Shown: positions 21,622 to 24,000 of the stretch, in pieces | Layout: each line of letters begins with the position of its first letter | Position numbering within the stretch: the first letter of the stretch is position 1 | Made by a program: the position numbers and the translations under genes | Notes under the pieces: generated by a model | The model's database searches: none | Told to the model about the DNA's origin: nothing | The model's input: the letters and a program-made list of their open reading frames with translations, nothing else | Source: Brevibacillus sp. B_LB10_24 | GTDB taxonomy: Bacteria; Bacillota; Bacilli; Brevibacillales; Brevibacillaceae | Assembly (NCBI RefSeq): GCF_046036945.1 | Contig: NZ_JBJQOQ010000014.1 | Coordinates: forward strand, 80,719 to 104,718 | DNA length: 24,000 nt | Reading direction: 5' to 3'

Positions 21622-22797
21622 TTGAAAAAATTATTATCGATGTTGTCAGTGATGTCACTGCTTTCATTGATTCTGGCTGGCTGCGGAACGGACAATTCTG
21701 CAGCGTCGACGGGAAGTGGCGGAAATAGCGGAGGAACGTTGACTTTGGGTTATGTCGGCGGGCTGAGCGGGGCGACGGCCGCTTTCGGAAAACCGGCATT
21801 CGATGCGGTAAAATACGCTGTCGATGAAATCAACGAAAACGGTGGAATCCTTGGGCAGACAGTAAAACTGGTTTCGGAAGACGACGAAGGGAATCCGTTT
21901 AAAGGACAGCAGGCGATCGACAAATTTGCCAACCGGGATATCAAGTTTGTGATCAGCGGATCGAGCAGCGCGGTTGCTTTGTCACAGGTAGCCAAAGTGA
22001 AGGAAAACAATATGATTGCCGTGTCGCCGATCGCGTCGGATCCGGGAGTCGTATCGGAAAATCCGCGATTCTTTGTGAATTTGGCCAACAATAACCAGTT
22101 TGGCTGGTCAGCCGCCTACTATGCCGCCAAAGAGATGGGCGTGAAAGAAGTGATCGCTTTTATCCGGGATGACGCTTTTGGTACCAGTGTTTATAAAGCT
22201 TTCGAAGAAAAATCAGCGGAGTTGGGCATGAAAATTGTGAAAGAATTCAAGTATCCCGCTGACGCAAAAGACTTTAATTCATACATTAGCCAAGGCATCA
22301 GTTCAAACCCGAATGCCTACATATTTTTGACAGGCTATGCAGCGGACAGCGGATTGATCGCGAAACAGGCAAGAGCGCTGGGTTATGACAAACCGTTCAT
22401 CGCCACAAACCCAATCTCCAGTCCACAGTATTACGAGATCGCCGGTGATGCGTCCAATAATACCATGATCAGTGCGGCCTATATATCCGACACCAATATT
22501 AGTGAAAAAACGAAAGCGTTTATCGAAGCATGGAAAAGTAAATTTAACATGGAGCCCAACGTTTATCAGGTGCATGGATACGACTCCGTTTATATCCTGA
22601 AGACCGCGATCGAAAAAGTGGGATCTGCCGCCCCGGACGAAGTGCAAAAGGAACTCCTGAACATCAAAAACTATGAAGGAGCTTCAGGGCTCACATCCTT
22701 TAACGATGACGGTTCGGCAACCAAACCGATTTTCGTGGTGAATTGGGATAACGGACAGTTGAAATTGGAAAAAGTCCTTCAAGCCGGTTCGTATTAA
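21622..22797 (+). CDS. ABC transporter substrate-binding lipoprotein (LivK/Peripla_BP_6 type)
   Basis: TTG start ~8 nt after AAAGGGG. Signal peptide with lipobox LILAGC. 391 aa, typical of the branched-chain amino acid/amide/aromatic-acid binding protein family. Confidence 0.92.
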   Translation: MKKLLSMLSVMSLLSLILAGCGTDNSAASTGSGGNSGGTLTLGYVGGLSGATAAFGKPAFDAVKYAVDEINENGGILGQTVKLVSEDDEGNPFKGQQAIDKFANRDIKFVISGSSSAVALSQVAKVKENNMIAVSPIASDPGVVSENPRFFVNLANNNQFGWSAAYYAAKEMGVKEVIAFIRDDAFGTSVYKAFEEKSAELGMKIVKEFKYPADAKDFNSYISQGISSNPNAYIFLTGYAADSGLIAKQARALGYDKPFIATNPISSPQYYEIAGDASNNTMISAAYISDTNISEKTKAFIEAWKSKFNMEPNVYQVHGYDSVYILKTAIEKVGSAAPDEVQKELLNIKNYEGASGLTSFNDDGSATKPIFVVNWDNGQLKLEKVLQAGSY

Positions 22798-22808
22798 GGA
22801 GGGTTACG

Positions 22809-23684
22809 GTGTATTTTGACATCTTCGTTAGTGGTCTCGCCGTCGGATGCATTTACAGTTTAATTGCGATGTCGTTTAGTCTCATCTTTCGTTCGTCGGG
22901 CGTATTAAACATTGGCACTGGTGAGTTTGTCATGATCGGAGGGCTTGTCGGGTTCAGTCTGATGACCAATGTCACGCAAAATTTTTACCTTGTCATGCTG
23001 CTAACCATGGCCATTGCCGGTCTAATCGGCTACTTGTCGAATGTACTTGTATTTCATCCGGTGCAAAAGCGCGGCGGGCAAAGCATTCATGTCTTGATGG
23101 CCAGCATCGGAATCATGATTATTTTGCCGCAGATCGGCTCATTGGTCTGGGGAGCGGAGCCGTTGAGTTTTCCAAGCAGTCTATCCGCAGGTCAGGTTCA
23201 GTTGGGCAGCGCGAAGATTTCCGGCATCAGTTTTTTGATCATTCTGTTAAGTATCTTCATTATGATTTTGTTTCAGTTATTCTTTAAATTTACCCGTATC
23301 GGTCAGGCGATGAGAGCCATAGCAGACGATCGCGTCATGTCACAGCTGCTTGGGGTGAATCACCGCAAATACATCGCGCTCATCTTCCTGGTAGCCGGAG
23401 CCTTGACCGGAGTCGCAGGTGTCCTCTTAGGTCCGCTCTATTTTGTTTCTTATGATATGGGGATCATTGGCATCAAGGCGTTTGCGGCGGCTGTATTAGG
23501 CGGGTTTGGCAATATCATGGGAGCGGTCATTGGCGGCATCTTGCTCGGATTGATCGAGGCATTCGGCGGAACGATGATCAGTTCGGAATTTCGCGATCTG
23601 ATCTTGTACGCGATATTGATCCTGGTGCTGCTGATCCGTCCCACCGGCATACTGGGCATAAAGAAACGGAGGGATACCGCTTGA
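22809..23684 (+). CDS. Branched-chain-type ABC transporter permease (LivH-like)
   Basis: 291 aa polytopic membrane protein. GTG start after GGAGGG. Confidence 0.92.
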   Translation: MYFDIFVSGLAVGCIYSLIAMSFSLIFRSSGVLNIGTGEFVMIGGLVGFSLMTNVTQNFYLVMLLTMAIAGLIGYLSNVLVFHPVQKRGGQSIHVLMASIGIMIILPQIGSLVWGAEPLSFPSSLSAGQVQLGSAKISGISFLIILLSIFIMILFQLFFKFTRIGQAMRAIADDRVMSQLLGVNHRKYIALIFLVAGALTGVAGVLLGPLYFVSYDMGIIGIKAFAAAVLGGFGNIMGAVIGGILLGLIEAFGGTMISSEFRDLILYAILILVLLIRPTGILGIKKRRDTA

Positions 23685-24000
23685 AGCCAAACCATCTCAA
23701 ATCATACGGACCAATCGGCGTATACCTGATCGTCTTTGTGTTGGCAGCCGTTTTTGTCCAGTCCAATTACTATTTGTCGTTGTTTTCCCAGGCGGCGATT
23801 TATACGATTTTGGCGGTTTCGCTGCAGCTCATTTTCGGGTATGCCGGTCAGGTCAGTCTGGCTCATGCGGGTTTTTTCGGCATCGGCGCTTATACCTCAG
23901 CCATTCTCACGCTGCATTTTGACCTGAATTTTCTCGTTGCCTTCTTGCTGTCGGGGATCGTGGCCGCGATCGTCTCGATTATCCTTTCACCGATGGCGAA
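23681..24000 (+). CDS. Branched-chain-type ABC transporter permease (LivM-like), 5' part, runs off the window
   Basis: Not in the ORF track because there is no stop in the window. The TTG at 23681 overlaps the LivH stop (TTGA). Hand translation MKPNHLKSYGPIGVYLIVFVLAAVF...LQLIFGYAGQVSLAHAGFFGIGAYT contains the LivM signature GYAGQ.SL.HA.F.GIGAY. Confidence 0.85.
   Translation, partial: MKPNHLKSYGPIGVYLIVFVLAAVFVQSNYYLSLFSQAAIYTILAVSLQLIFGYAGQVSLAHAGFFGIGAYTSAILTLHFDLNFLVAFLLSGIVAAIVSIILSPMA

Noticed and set aside
1-24000. Search for CRISPR arrays, tRNA/rRNA genes, IS elements, integrases, and toxin-antitoxin or defence-system genes
   Set aside because: By eye I noticed no regularly spaced repeats, no cloverleaf-like or rRNA-like segments, and no ORF with transposase, recombinase, nuclease or helicase motifs. 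The compositional islands therefore lack an identifiable mobility gene in this window.

Overview
24-kb chromosomal segment of a Gram-positive, Bacillales/Paenibacillaceae-like genome, inferred from GGAGG-type RBSs, many GTG/TTG starts, a lipobox lipoprotein and sigma-54 machinery. I support about 21 protein genes. I recognise no rRNA, tRNA, CRISPR, transposase or phage genes. Composition is mosaic. GC-rich blocks (hand count of line 4441-4500: 41/60 G+C) are interrupted by AT-rich blocks (line 5641-5700: 23/60 G+C) at about 5.45-7.95 kb and 17.05-19.4 kb, and more mildly at 20.7-24 kb. Gene order: ECF41-type sigma factor plus AhpD/CMD protein; membrane coiled-coil protein plus phosphodiester glycosidase; Tat-signal DmpA/P1 peptidase; OsmC; a low-GC module (enone reductase, quinone reductase, HxlR); MarR plus SDR. 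The most interesting locus is 9.27-15.4 kb. A tetR-smr operon ends in a sensor-less sigma-54 activator and sits divergent from a near-consensus -24/-12 promoter (TGGCAT-N5-TTGCT at 11370-11385). That promoter drives a PatD-like aminoaldehyde dehydrogenase, a CntA/YeaW-like Rieske oxygenase and a PuuP-like importer. I read this as a candidate undescribed oxidative C-N cleavage pathway for a polyamine or quaternary amine, with an unusual regulatory cascade. Downstream are an acyl-CoA synthetase and a DinB protein. Next comes a MerR-HTH fused to an isochorismatase-like domain whose nucleophile Cys position reads Ser (candidate pseudoenzyme sensor). A 690-bp non-coding gap follows, carrying a C14 tract and a perfect consensus promoter with a long leader. 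The window ends with an operon of an FAD aromatic hydroxylase, an alpha/beta hydrolase and a Liv-type ABC importer, which runs off the window end. All family calls come from motifs read by eye and recalled family sequences; no searches were run.
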